NCBI GenBank assembly: GCA_965215945.1
Contig: CBDCFC010000051.1
Location: 13,084 to 77,083 of the forward strand
Direction of reading: 5' to 3'
Length of the DNA stretch: 64,000 bases
Source: Arenicellales bacterium
GTDB taxonomy: Bacteria; Pseudomonadota; Gammaproteobacteria; Arenicellales; JAHEKD01
A program made the position numbers and the translations under genes. Shown piece after piece: positions 16,838-25,206 of this stretch (position 1 is the first letter of the stretch; each line of letters begins with the position of its first letter). Under the pieces are notes generated by a model, which did not search any database, was not told where the DNA came from, and saw only the letters and a list, made by a program, of their open reading frames with translations.

Positions 16838-17829
16838 GTGACCATTAATAGTGAACCTTATTTGAACACTAAAGATATTTTTATGCCAACACCTAGAGCG
16901 TATAAATTTATACCCACAGCGAGCCCGCATTTTATAGACTCGTTGGATAAAATGATTAATGAAAATACAATTTGGCTTTCAAAGGTCGTAGATTTTAACG
17001 ACCCACTAGAAATGGCATCTTTCACCAAAGATAGCGATATTGATGTTGCTGTACATCATATACTTTCTGGTTTTTTTGAATTAATAATGCAGGATGGATA
17101 TCTTGACAAGATATTAAACCAGCAAGAAAAAATGCCCGATCTGTTGAAAAATAAAAACCTCAATAGAAGGGACTTAGAGCAATTTTTAATTTCACTTAAA
17201 GATACAACCCTTGAAAAGGAAAATCCAATAGAACATTTCCTACAGTTGGCACAAGATTCAGAAATAAATCTCTATCAGATAATTTATGATTCTTGTAACA
17301 ATGCACGTAATCATCCCATTGACAATGCATATGTCTACTGTCTTTCAGGAAATATATCGAACTCAGCAATGTGGGCATACTATGGAGACCAACATAGAGG
17401 AATTGCGGTTGAATTTTATAAAATGTCGACCCTGGCTGCACATGCGCAAACTGTTAGTTATACAGATAGAACGCCGATTATATCTGTTAAGAGCGATAAC
17501 CTTGATACCTAACTACAAAAAATATTTATTGGCAGCATGAATCGGAGCGAAGATATATTGTAATTACTCTTGGTAAATCACAGGATAGAGACGGAGAATT
17601 TTTGCCTGGCACAAACAATTTCAAATTTAATAATCATGCTTTAGAGAAATCAGAAGGGAGACTTGTCAAAGCCATTTACTTTGGTTTGAATACATCACGG
17701 GAGGATAAAAATAAAATTGCAGAATGTATAAATCGTGCAGAATACCCAATCCATTTACTAAAAGCTTGCCCTGTTCCAGAGCATTACTCAATTGATTTTT
17801 GTCAGGTTACAAGTAAAGAGTTTCTTTAA
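16838..17829 (+). pseudogene. DUF2971-like gene, frameshifted near 17503-17512
   Basis: N-terminal motif WLSKVVDFNDPLE. The frame of the 17602 ORF is open from 17506 and reads ...NIYWQHESERRYIVITLGK. The two parts together give one protein of about 320 aa. The region is AT-rich. Confidence 0.55.
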
Positions 17830-17908
17830 ATGATTTTTTTTGAATGAATTAGGGTCAGACTCGAATTTAAGAATTTTTCCAGTCGACTGAACTCAAGTGT
17901 TAGATTTA

Positions 17909-18298
17909 CTATCTACTCAATAAATCACTCATCAATTTCTCACGATCATTTTTTGCCCTATCTATCACTCGCTTAGGGGCGTTGGTGTCTGGATCGTATT
18001 TACTGCTCCAAATGAGCATCTCTAGCATGATCGGCAGCATATCTTTGCCTGCCTGAGTAGGTGCATAAACTTTTTTTCTTTTATCGTTGCTATCGGTTTG
18101 TTTGCTGATCAAGCCATCTTTCTCAAGTCTTTCTAAGCGGCTGGATAAAATATTAGTTGCCATATTTTCATCTGAATTTTTTAGCTCCGAATACGAGCTT
18201 TTACCAAAAAATATGAGATCTCGAAGTATTAACAAACTCCATTTATCGCCTACAAAATCCAATACATTGGAGATTGGGCAATCTGAACGTCTTGGCAT
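17909..18298 (-). CDS. HxlR-family winged-helix transcriptional regulator
   Basis: Signature CPISNVLDFVGDKWSLLILRDL and a size of 129 aa. Confidence 0.85.
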   Translation of the reverse strand: MPRRSDCPISNVLDFVGDKWSLLILRDLIFFGKSSYSELKNSDENMATNILSSRLERLEKDGLISKQTDSNDKRKKVYAPTQAGKDMLPIMLEMLIWSSKYDPDTNAPKRVIDRAKNDREKLMSDLLSR

Positions 18299-18443
18299 AT
18301 TGCATCTCGTTTTACTTTGAAACAGCTATTTATCTTAAATCACTTGCAATTTGCAATCAAATAATTTAACTTGCATAATGAAAGTTAAATTCATAGCTGC
18401 CAAGTTAAGCGGTCAAAGTAGATTAAGTAATCAGGAGTAAAAT

Positions 18444-18923
18444 ATGCCAAATCCCCAAATTAATTTAGATTCGTTAACAAAGGAGAATTGGAGTGCCGAG
18501 GACAAAAATAATGCCCAAGCCGTCGTGGAGTTTGTTCAACTTATCATGAACGATCATAATTTCGACGAGATTTTACGGCGCTACGCAGGCAGTCCCTACA
18601 AACAACACAATCGTAACATTGCCGATGGTATTGAAGGAGTCGTCAAAACTCTAAGTGATTTAGTAAAAAATGCACCTGAGTTTAGCTATGACGTTAAACA
18701 TATTTATGTAGATGGCGAATACGTTACATTACATTCTCATGCCACGCTGAAGGCTAAGCATCGAGGTGATGATTCACAGGGTCTAAATATCGTCGATATT
18801 TGGAAGGTGGTTGATGGCCGTTTGGTTGAACACTGGGATGCTATTCAAGGTATTAGCCTTTCTATGCGATTGTACGGGTTATTTTCTGGCGGAAAAGTTC
18901 GAAACGGTAATGGTGTTTTCTAG
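18444..18923 (+). CDS. NTF2/SnoaL-like fold protein
   Basis: 159 aa, divergent from hxlR. The pattern ...YVDGEYVTLHSH...VDIWKVVDGRLVEHWD is typical of SnoaL-like proteins. Confidence 0.65.
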   Translation: MPNPQINLDSLTKENWSAEDKNNAQAVVEFVQLIMNDHNFDEILRRYAGSPYKQHNRNIADGIEGVVKTLSDLVKNAPEFSYDVKHIYVDGEYVTLHSHATLKAKHRGDDSQGLNIVDIWKVVDGRLVEHWDAIQGISLSMRLYGLFSGGKVRNGNGVF

Positions 18924-18950
18924 TAAAGTAAATGGGGTCAGACTCGATTT

Positions 18951-19704
18951 ATGATAAAGAATAATCGCTCATACATTATTTGTGCGACACCCAGGAGTGG
19001 AAGTACGCTTTTGTGCGATCTTCTGACCGGTACTGAAGTGGCTGGACGTCCAGATTCATTTTTCAATTTGATTCGTTTGACTGGCCCAGTTACTTCAATG
19101 TATCGACAGTCAAGTGGGGAGATAAGTATGAATTTGATCAGGCTTATTTATCTGCCGTAATGGAGTATGGCGCGAATAGTACTTCTGTCTTTGGCATGCG
19201 CTTGATGTGGGAGAGCCTTGGTTATCTTTCGAAACGACTAGAATCGTTTCATCCAGGCTTGCCGAGTGATAGTGCCAGGTTTCAAGCAGCTTTTGGAGAA
19301 CCTGTTTATCTGCATCTCTCACGACAGGATAAAGTTGCTCAGACGGTGTCTGAACTTAGAGCTGAACAGTCAGGTTTGTGGCATGTTTGGGCTGATGGGA
19401 GCGAGCGCGAGCGACTTAAACCGGCAAGTACACCAGTCTATAATTATCAAGCTCTTTCAGAGCTTGTAAAAATAGGTGAGGAACATGATATAGCGTGGTT
19501 CAATTGGTTCACTCAGCAAGGCATTGAGCCAGTAAAGCTAACGTATGAGGAACTTGCTGCCGATCCCCAGGCTGTTTTGGCAACTGTATTGTCGCTCTTG
19601 ATTTGGATCCCACTATTGCTAAAAGTGTTAAACCGAAAACGGCAAAGTTAGCTGATAGCCAAAGTCGCGAGTGGATTGCTCGTTTCCGAGCAGAGAAAAA
19701 CTAA
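18951..19704 (+). pseudogene. Stf0-type sulfotransferase gene with two frameshifts
   Basis: N-terminus SYIICATPRSGSTLLCDLL. The first frame change is at the T5 run 19059-19063. The second is near 19586-19597. The third frame reads ALDLDPTIAKSVKPKTAKLADSQSREWIARFRAEKN and stops at 19704. Confidence 0.65.
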
Positions 19705-19771
19705 TTAGTCTCTGATGAGTTCTTCTTAGGAACTGCAATCAATTTGAAACATGAAATCCAATTTCATTATT

Positions 19772-19975
19772 CGTCATTGCGGGCTTGTGCTGGGACACTT
19801 TAATTTTATTTTTCCGGCCTTGACCTGCAATCCAGTGGCTTTTCTTATTACTCAGCGAAATCAGTTAACATTAACTTCTTTAAGAAGCATGTTGAAATTG
19901 AAAAGAAACACTGTCTGTTGAAGTTATTGAATAATTAGAAATGCCGATGGATGCCGGATCGAGCCCGGCATGACG
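19772..19975. repeat. REP-like elements of the GTCATTGCG / GCCGG...CCGGCATGACG family
   Basis: One copy is cgtcattgcgggc...cctgcaatccagtgg (19772-19838). Another is atgccggatcgagcccggcatgacg (19951-19975). Confidence 0.55.
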
Positions 19976-20014
19976 AAATCAAGTCAAATGGACAGCAGTG
20001 AATTTTCATAGTAA

Positions 20015-20254
20015 TTAATTTCGTCGGCTTTCTTTCACGTCCTCGGAAAGCCAAACTTTGATTAACGATTGATAAGGTATATCTCTTTTATTGGCTTCAA
20101 TTTTGATACTGTTCAACAATGTTTCAGGAAGCCTGAGAGAAATCGTCTTTGTTGAAGGTTTTAAGTTACTCAAATTGACAGATTTGGCCTGGGTCCAGTC
20201 TACATAATCACTGGAATCATGCTTTTCCCATGAAGGCTCGTTCTTCCGCTTCAT
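20015..20254 (-). CDS. brnA: BrnA-type antitoxin (CopG/RHH-like)
   Basis: C-terminal motif ISLRLPETLLNSIKIEANKRDIPYQSLIKVWLSE. The gene lies 8 nt downstream of the brnT remnant. Confidence 0.8.
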   Translation of the reverse strand: MKRKNEPSWEKHDSSDYVDWTQAKSVNLSNLKPSTKTISLRLPETLLNSIKIEANKRDIPYQSLIKVWLSEDVKESRRN

Positions 20255-20262
20255 TTTTAAAT

Positions 20263-20460
20263 TCAGGTATGTTTTTGGCTTTGCTCATAAAAAATTTTCT
20301 CTTTTCGATGCATGTTGCGTGCAGAAATGACCCGTATTAGCGTTTGTTTTGCACGCAGAGTGAAAGTAATATGCAACAAGCGAGTTTTATCAGTCTTACC
20401 AAGTGCATGGTAGCGTAATTCAGTAACGGAAAGAAGGGGACAAATAAGAATCAATTGCAA
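20263..20460 (-). pseudogene. brnT: BrnT (DUF497) toxin remnant lacking the N-terminal third
   Basis: The C-terminal core is retained: ELRYHALGKTDKTRLLHITFTLRAKQTLIRVISARNMHRKEKIFY. A TAA stop lies directly upstream in frame, and no N-terminal FxWD...KHG segment is found in any frame. Confidence 0.6.
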
Positions 20461-20488
20461 TTATCTTTGACCCTTGATCTATAATATC

Positions 20489-20733
20489 AGCCCGCATTTC
20501 TCACCAGGCGGACAAGACAAATGAGAAAAAGTAATTTGAATCAAAGCTTTGCCAGTGGAAACACCAACACCAAAGCGTGGCACTATGTCCTGTTTGGTTT
20601 TTGGCCCAATCTCTTTTCACATCCTGGACGATCCTCCTTGAACCATAGCTACGGCTATGCTTCGGCGGACGATCGCCCAGCCTGTTTCGATAGATTGATC
20701 CAAAACTCCAAACCCCGGAGAGAAATGCGGGCT
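20489..20733 (+). repeat. 245-bp element bounded by a perfect 14-bp inverted repeat (copy A of a MITE-like or structured-RNA family)
   Basis: The ends are AGCCCGCATTTCTC (20489-20502) and GAGAAATGCGGGCT (20720-20733). Extensive internal long-range complementarity is present. The element is homologous to 50175-50474. Confidence 0.7.
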
Positions 20734-20758
20734 AGAGTTTAGCCGCGGTTCTTTGTTC

Positions 20759-21385
20759 ATGACTGAAAAACCTTTAGACCGCCAACAAATACTCGATCAG
20801 GCTATCGAGCTTGCCCTGCAAAGCTCCTGGGAATCCTTGAGTTTTTCGCAGCTTGCCGATTCGCTAAATTGTTCCTTGGCTGATGTCGCACAACATTTTC
20901 GTTCCAAAGATGATATGGCCGAAGCATTTTTTGACCGAGCCGACCGGGCGATGTGGGCACTGAATTCCGATAAAACCTATCGTAATCTCTCCGACGAAGA
21001 TAAATTATTTGAGTGCATTATGTGCTGGTTGGAAAGCCTTGCACCTTATAAACCGCTGGTTAAAGAAATGCTTGGTTATAAACTGGAGCCTGGGCATTTT
21101 CATCTTCAGGCCCACGGTGTGACACGCATCAGCCGGACGGTTCAATGGTTTCGTGACGTTGCCGAGCGCGAACACAACGGTTTGAAGCTTGTTGCTGATG
21201 AATTTGCAGTGACCAGCGCCTATTTGGCCGGCTTTTCCTGTTTTTTGTACGATAAAAGTGAGGGACATAGTAAAACTCGTTCCCTATTAAAACGATTGTT
21301 ACATCAAATCGATCAAGGCCATAAATTATTTACATTCGGTAGTAGTCGTAATACTGATTCCAGTGAAAACAAGGATGCAACATAA
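20759..21385 (+). CDS. TetR/AcrR-family transcriptional regulator
   Basis: N-terminal HTH SLSFSQLADSLNCSLADVAQHFRSKDDM. The likely start is the ATG at 20759. Confidence 0.75.
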   Translation: MTEKPLDRQQILDQAIELALQSSWESLSFSQLADSLNCSLADVAQHFRSKDDMAEAFFDRADRAMWALNSDKTYRNLSDEDKLFECIMCWLESLAPYKPLVKEMLGYKLEPGHFHLQAHGVTRISRTVQWFRDVAEREHNGLKLVADEFAVTSAYLAGFSCFLYDKSEGHSKTRSLLKRLLHQIDQGHKLFTFGSSRNTDSSENKDAT

Positions 21386-21401
21386 CGGAGCTGATTAGTC
21401 T

Positions 21402-22463
21402 GTGGATGCATTGACGCATGTTGTGATCGGCGCATCGGTTGCTCAACTTCCCTTGGGCAAGTCGAAATCTGGCATGAGCTTCAAGCAAAAGGCGCTGATA
21501 GGCTGTGTCGCGGCGCTTTTCCCCGATATTGATTACCTGTTTTTCCCGCTAAACCCACTGGAGTTTCTTGCTTATTGGCACAGAAGTTGGACTCATTCCG
21601 TTGTGTTGGCACCATTGTGGGCGTTGTTGCTAACTTTAGGCTGGCAATTATTCAAAGACATGAAAAAGCACATGTTTGCGTTGTATTGGATTAGTTTAGC
21701 CGTACTGTTGTCACATATTATTTTGGATAGCTTAACCATGTACGGAACACAGTGGCTGATGCCATTGAGTCACCACAAAATCAGCATGAACCTGTTATTC
21801 GTGATTGATGGTTATTTTACATTGTGCGCTTTGATTGTGTTGGCGGTATTATTTTTTAAACAAGCATCAAAATTTCGGTGGTTGGCTGTGTTTGTTCCAA
21901 TCGCTTATTTGGGCCTGGTTTATCAGATAAAGCATCAGGCTTATCAGCAAGTGGTTACAAGTGGTCAGCAAATCAACTCGAATTCGGCTGTTACGTCATT
22001 GCCACAACCGTTTTCCCCATTCTATTGGCAGGCGATACAGCAAGATCATGATGATATTGATCAGGCTTACTTGAGGCTTATAAATGATCCTGTTGCCTCA
22101 ACGATCAGTGCGTTGTTAGGCAAACCATCACAACAAGATCATTATCAGTTACCGGATCGATTGCAGTGGCGTCAATTTTCCTTATTTCCTGAGCAATCAC
22201 CTTGGCGAGAACAAGCTAAAGAAGTCTGGGCTCACCAATCATTCAAAGCCTTTCAAGACTTTGCCGTTTATCCTGTGTTTTATCAGCTTGAAGATGGAAA
22301 CAATGGAACTTGTATTTGGTTTAGTGATTTACGTTACCACTGGCCTAACTCCATTCCATCATTTCGTTACGGCATGTGTAAAGAAGATATTCAAGATTGG
22401 AAGTTATATCGGAAAAAGTATTTCAGTCATGAAGCGGCTGAAATAAGGCCAGGCTCGAATTAG
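21402..22463 (+). CDS. Membrane-bound metal-dependent hydrolase (YdjM/DUF457-like) with a C-terminal extension
   Basis: The N-terminus (M)DALTHVVIGASV, the HRSWTHS motif and the multiple TM helices match this family. The start codon is GTG. Confidence 0.7.
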   Translation: MDALTHVVIGASVAQLPLGKSKSGMSFKQKALIGCVAALFPDIDYLFFPLNPLEFLAYWHRSWTHSVVLAPLWALLLTLGWQLFKDMKKHMFALYWISLAVLLSHIILDSLTMYGTQWLMPLSHHKISMNLLFVIDGYFTLCALIVLAVLFFKQASKFRWLAVFVPIAYLGLVYQIKHQAYQQVVTSGQQINSNSAVTSLPQPFSPFYWQAIQQDHDDIDQAYLRLINDPVASTISALLGKPSQQDHYQLPDRLQWRQFSLFPEQSPWREQAKEVWAHQSFKAFQDFAVYPVFYQLEDGNNGTCIWFSDLRYHWPNSIPSFRYGMCKEDIQDWKLYRKKYFSHEAAEIRPGSN

Positions 22464-22625
22464 TTTACATAGATCATAATGTACCGGCTAATTTTTTGTC
22501 AGCTTGACTATTGAACCTCGGGATTGGATTAAAATTGCCGAATTCAATATCAAATGTACAAGCTACTTAATATCTGGTAGCCTAGCCGCTTCTTTCAGAT
22601 GATAAAAATACGAGGGAATTTTTTA

Positions 22626-23219
22626 ATGGAAGATCGTAGAGAGATAGTCAAGAAAATTGGGATTGGAACAGTCTGGACATCACCAATTGTTCAGTCAATT
22701 GTTATACCTGTGCATGCGCAGACATCTGCCACGACTACAGGTTCACCAACAACGACAGGTTCACCAACAACGACAGGTTCACCAACAACGACAGGTTCAC
22801 CAACAACTACCAGTTCGCCAACAACGACACCTGTTCCATGTAATCCGATATCATGTTCTTCTTCGACAGGTGTTACTCCGTTTAACATAATTCATGCGAT
22901 TATTTTCGATGGTAATAACTGCAGTTTTCAACCGAACATCTTTACAACACCACCTAACACATTTTTAATCATTGACAATGATTCAAATGGAGCTGTCATT
23001 GATACTGTAGTGAATAATGAATGGAATGTAAGAGGAGTTAGTGCTGGAACTGTTTTAGCAGATAGAAGTAATCTTTCCGGCAGTACAATGTTCTCAATCG
23101 AGAACAATATGTCTGGAAAGACTTTTAATGTCATGTTAAATGCAAGAGTTACATTGGACCCTACTGATAGTTCATTTGACACTTATGTTTGGGATGTGCA
23201 AATCACAGAAATTTGTTGA
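22626..23219 (+). CDS. Secreted protein with a Thr/Pro/Ser-rich tandem-repeat linker
   Basis: RBS gaggga lies 9 nt before the ATG at 22626. The N-terminus is signal-like and ends in VHAQ. It is followed by (TTGSPT)x4-5. Confidence 0.6.
   Translation: MEDRREIVKKIGIGTVWTSPIVQSIVIPVHAQTSATTTGSPTTTGSPTTTGSPTTTGSPTTTSSPTTTPVPCNPISCSSSTGVTPFNIIHAIIFDGNNCSFQPNIFTTPPNTFLIIDNDSNGAVIDTVVNNEWNVRGVSAGTVLADRSNLSGSTMFSIENNMSGKTFNVMLNARVTLDPTDSSFDTYVWDVQITEIC
22731..22830 (+). repeat. In-frame 18-bp tandem repeat, about 5.5 copies
   Basis: The unit acaggttcaccaacaacg occurs perfectly at 22737, 22755 and 22773. Degenerate copies lie at 22791 and 22809. Confidence 0.9.
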
Positions 23220-23483
23220 TACTCGCAAAAAACCTATACAAAAGAGAAAAATATATAAATCATCAGAGGATATTGGATAGTTAGCTATCTAAATAAAGAG
23301 GGCTATTCGGATCATAACAATTCCCTGATTCAGGGTCTGTAGAAAATTTTGTTTATTTGTGGTTTTGAATGGCCAGGTATGTTTGGTCAGTCGATCTTCA
23401 AACTTAATCAGAAAGTTATTCAATGAGGACTTTCAATTACGAACTAGCATCGTTCATTTTTTTCAACGCTTCTTCCAACTATA

Positions 23484-25097
23484 TTAACCGTATTCCCGTA
23501 GTTGTCGACGAATTATCTTCCCGGTTGTGGTCATGGGTAGCTCTTTTATGAATTCAATTTCTCGTGGATATTCATGAGCGGCGAGTTGGACCTTGACCCA
23601 CTGCCGTATATCATCGGCCAGTCTGTCACAGGCTTGCTCTGATTGTTTAAGTACTACAAATGCTTTAACAATTTCAGTGCGAACGGGGTCAGGTTTGCCG
23701 ACAACCGCAGCGATAGCAATCGCTGGGTGTTTGATTAAGCAGTCTTCGATTTCACCGGGTCCGATTCGATAGCCGGATGAAGTAATCACATCATCATCAC
23801 GGCCGATAAACTTTAACCAGCCATCTTTAGTTTTGTAGCCCACATCGCCGGTTAGCAGCCACTCTCCTTGATATTTATCCTGCGTTGCCTGAGGATTATT
23901 CCAGTAGCCTAGAAACATGACCGGATCGGGAGCACGAACCGCAATTTGGCCTGATTCACAGGGAGATTTTATTGCACCATTGTCATCAATGATTTCGACT
24001 TGATGCCCCGGTGCCGGACAACCGATGATGCCGGGTTGGGCAGGCATTAATTCTGCACAGGCTGAAACAATCATATTGCATTCGGTTTGCCCATAAAATT
24101 CATTAATTGATAAGCCAAACGTTTTCTTTCCCCATTCAAGCAATTCTGCACCCAGACTTTCACCGGCGCTGGCTATCGTTCTGACATTCATGTTCCAGCG
24201 TTTTTCCGGTGAATCGATTGTGCGCATCATCTTCAAGGCAGTTGGTGGCAGAAACATGTTGCGGATTTGATAGTTCTCAATTAAATCAAAAGCAGCCTCG
24301 GCGGTGAATTTTTTAAAGCGGCAAGCAATGACCGGTACGCCATGATAAAGCGCCGGCATCAATACATCCATTAGTCCACCGATCCAGGCCCAGTCAGCAG
24401 GTGTCCAAATGATGTCGCCGGGTTCAGGGAAGTAATAATGGCTCATTTCCACACCGGGCAAATGACCTAACAAAGATCGATGTGCGTGTAGCGCGCCTTT
24501 GGGTTGCCCGGTTGTTCCGGAAGTATAGGTGATTAACGCCGGATCATCTGCCAGTGTATCTTTGACACTAAATTGATCTGATTCTTTTTTCAGGCTTGAG
24601 TGAAAGTTAATAGTATTTTTTACTTCCCCATCTCTCACCAGAATTTGTTCAAGACAGGGTAATTGGTTGCGAATGGAATTTAATTTTTCTGCACCATTGA
24701 GATCTGTGACGATAACTTTGATGCCTGCATTTTCGATTCGAAAACGAAGCGCATCAATACCAAACAAAGTAAACAGCGGAATAGAAATGCCGCCAAGTTT
24801 AAACGTGGCTATATGTGTTAGGGCAGTTTCAACGGTTTGGGGCAAAAGTACGGCTGTGCGATCACCAGGGTTTACACCGAGTCGTGTCAATAAATTAGCA
24901 AGCTGATTAGATAACGATTTTAACTGGCTATAAGAATATTTTTTTGGGTGTTTCGTGCTGACATCAATGATTGCGACTCTATCTGGATCACGATCGGCCC
25001 AGCGATCACAGACTTCATATCCGATGTTGAAATAGTCTGGAATATTCCAACTGAATTTATTAATCAGTTCTTCATAGTCATTCGCTTTGGGCAACAT
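23484..25097 (-). CDS. AMP-forming acyl-CoA synthetase (medium-chain/ACSM-like)
   Basis: AMP-binding motifs YTSGTTGQPKG, YGQTE, GDVGYKTKDGWLKFIGRDDDVI and the C-terminal TGKIIRRQLR. Confidence 0.88.
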   Translation of the reverse strand: MLPKANDYEELINKFSWNIPDYFNIGYEVCDRWADRDPDRVAIIDVSTKHPKKYSYSQLKSLSNQLANLLTRLGVNPGDRTAVLLPQTVETALTHIATFKLGGISIPLFTLFGIDALRFRIENAGIKVIVTDLNGAEKLNSIRNQLPCLEQILVRDGEVKNTINFHSSLKKESDQFSVKDTLADDPALITYTSGTTGQPKGALHAHRSLLGHLPGVEMSHYYFPEPGDIIWTPADWAWIGGLMDVLMPALYHGVPVIACRFKKFTAEAAFDLIENYQIRNMFLPPTALKMMRTIDSPEKRWNMNVRTIASAGESLGAELLEWGKKTFGLSINEFYGQTECNMIVSACAELMPAQPGIIGCPAPGHQVEIIDDNGAIKSPCESGQIAVRAPDPVMFLGYWNNPQATQDKYQGEWLLTGDVGYKTKDGWLKFIGRDDDVITSSGYRIGPGEIEDCLIKHPAIAIAAVVGKPDPVRTEIVKAFVVLKQSEQACDRLADDIRQWVKVQLAAHEYPREIEFIKELPMTTTGKIIRRQLREYG

Positions 25098-25206
25098 AAT
25101 AAGACGATATCCACAACAGCTTAATAAATAGGATAAACTATCTTTTCAACTAAATCACAGGTTTGTTCATATTCTTAATTAATAACGCGTCAGGCGTTTT
25201 CTAATC

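Noticed and set aside
17852-18952. A 13-bp perfect direct repeat, GGGTCAGACTCGA (17852-17864 and 18936-18948), flanks the hxlR/NTF2 gene pair. This could suggest a mobile cassette.
   Set aside because: By a rough estimate, tens of 13-mer coincidences are expected by chance in 64 kb (about 2e9 position pairs times 4^-13). There is no integrase or other mobility gene, so the evidence is insufficient.
20489-20733. The element resembles 6S RNA (ssrS). It starts with AUUUCUC and contains CCUUGAACC, GUGGCaCU, CAGCCUG and a terminal ..GGAGAGAAAU. All of these echo E. coli 6S RNA as I recall it.
   Set aside because: A diverged homologue of the whole element exists at 50175-50474, directly behind a stop codon, so it behaves as a repeat family and not as a single-copy ssrS. 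At 245 nt it is also longer than the usual 180-190 nt, and the usual ygfA-type neighbour is absent. A covariance-model search with the 6S RNA family model would settle it.
20521-20742. A 73-aa ORF lies inside element A, and its 91-aa counterpart (50207-50482) lies inside element B. The two share weak peptide similarity (LFGFWPNLFSHPGRSS versus LFEFRPNLPSHFDRSF).
   Set aside because: The similarity follows from the DNA homology of the two repeats. Neither ORF has an RBS, and the frames are not conserved across the indels. They are most likely non-coding.
22731-22830. The regularly spaced direct repeats could at first glance be mistaken for a CRISPR-like array.
   Set aside because: The 18-bp units are contiguous with no spacers. 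They are in frame and encode TTGSPT. This is a coding tandem repeat.
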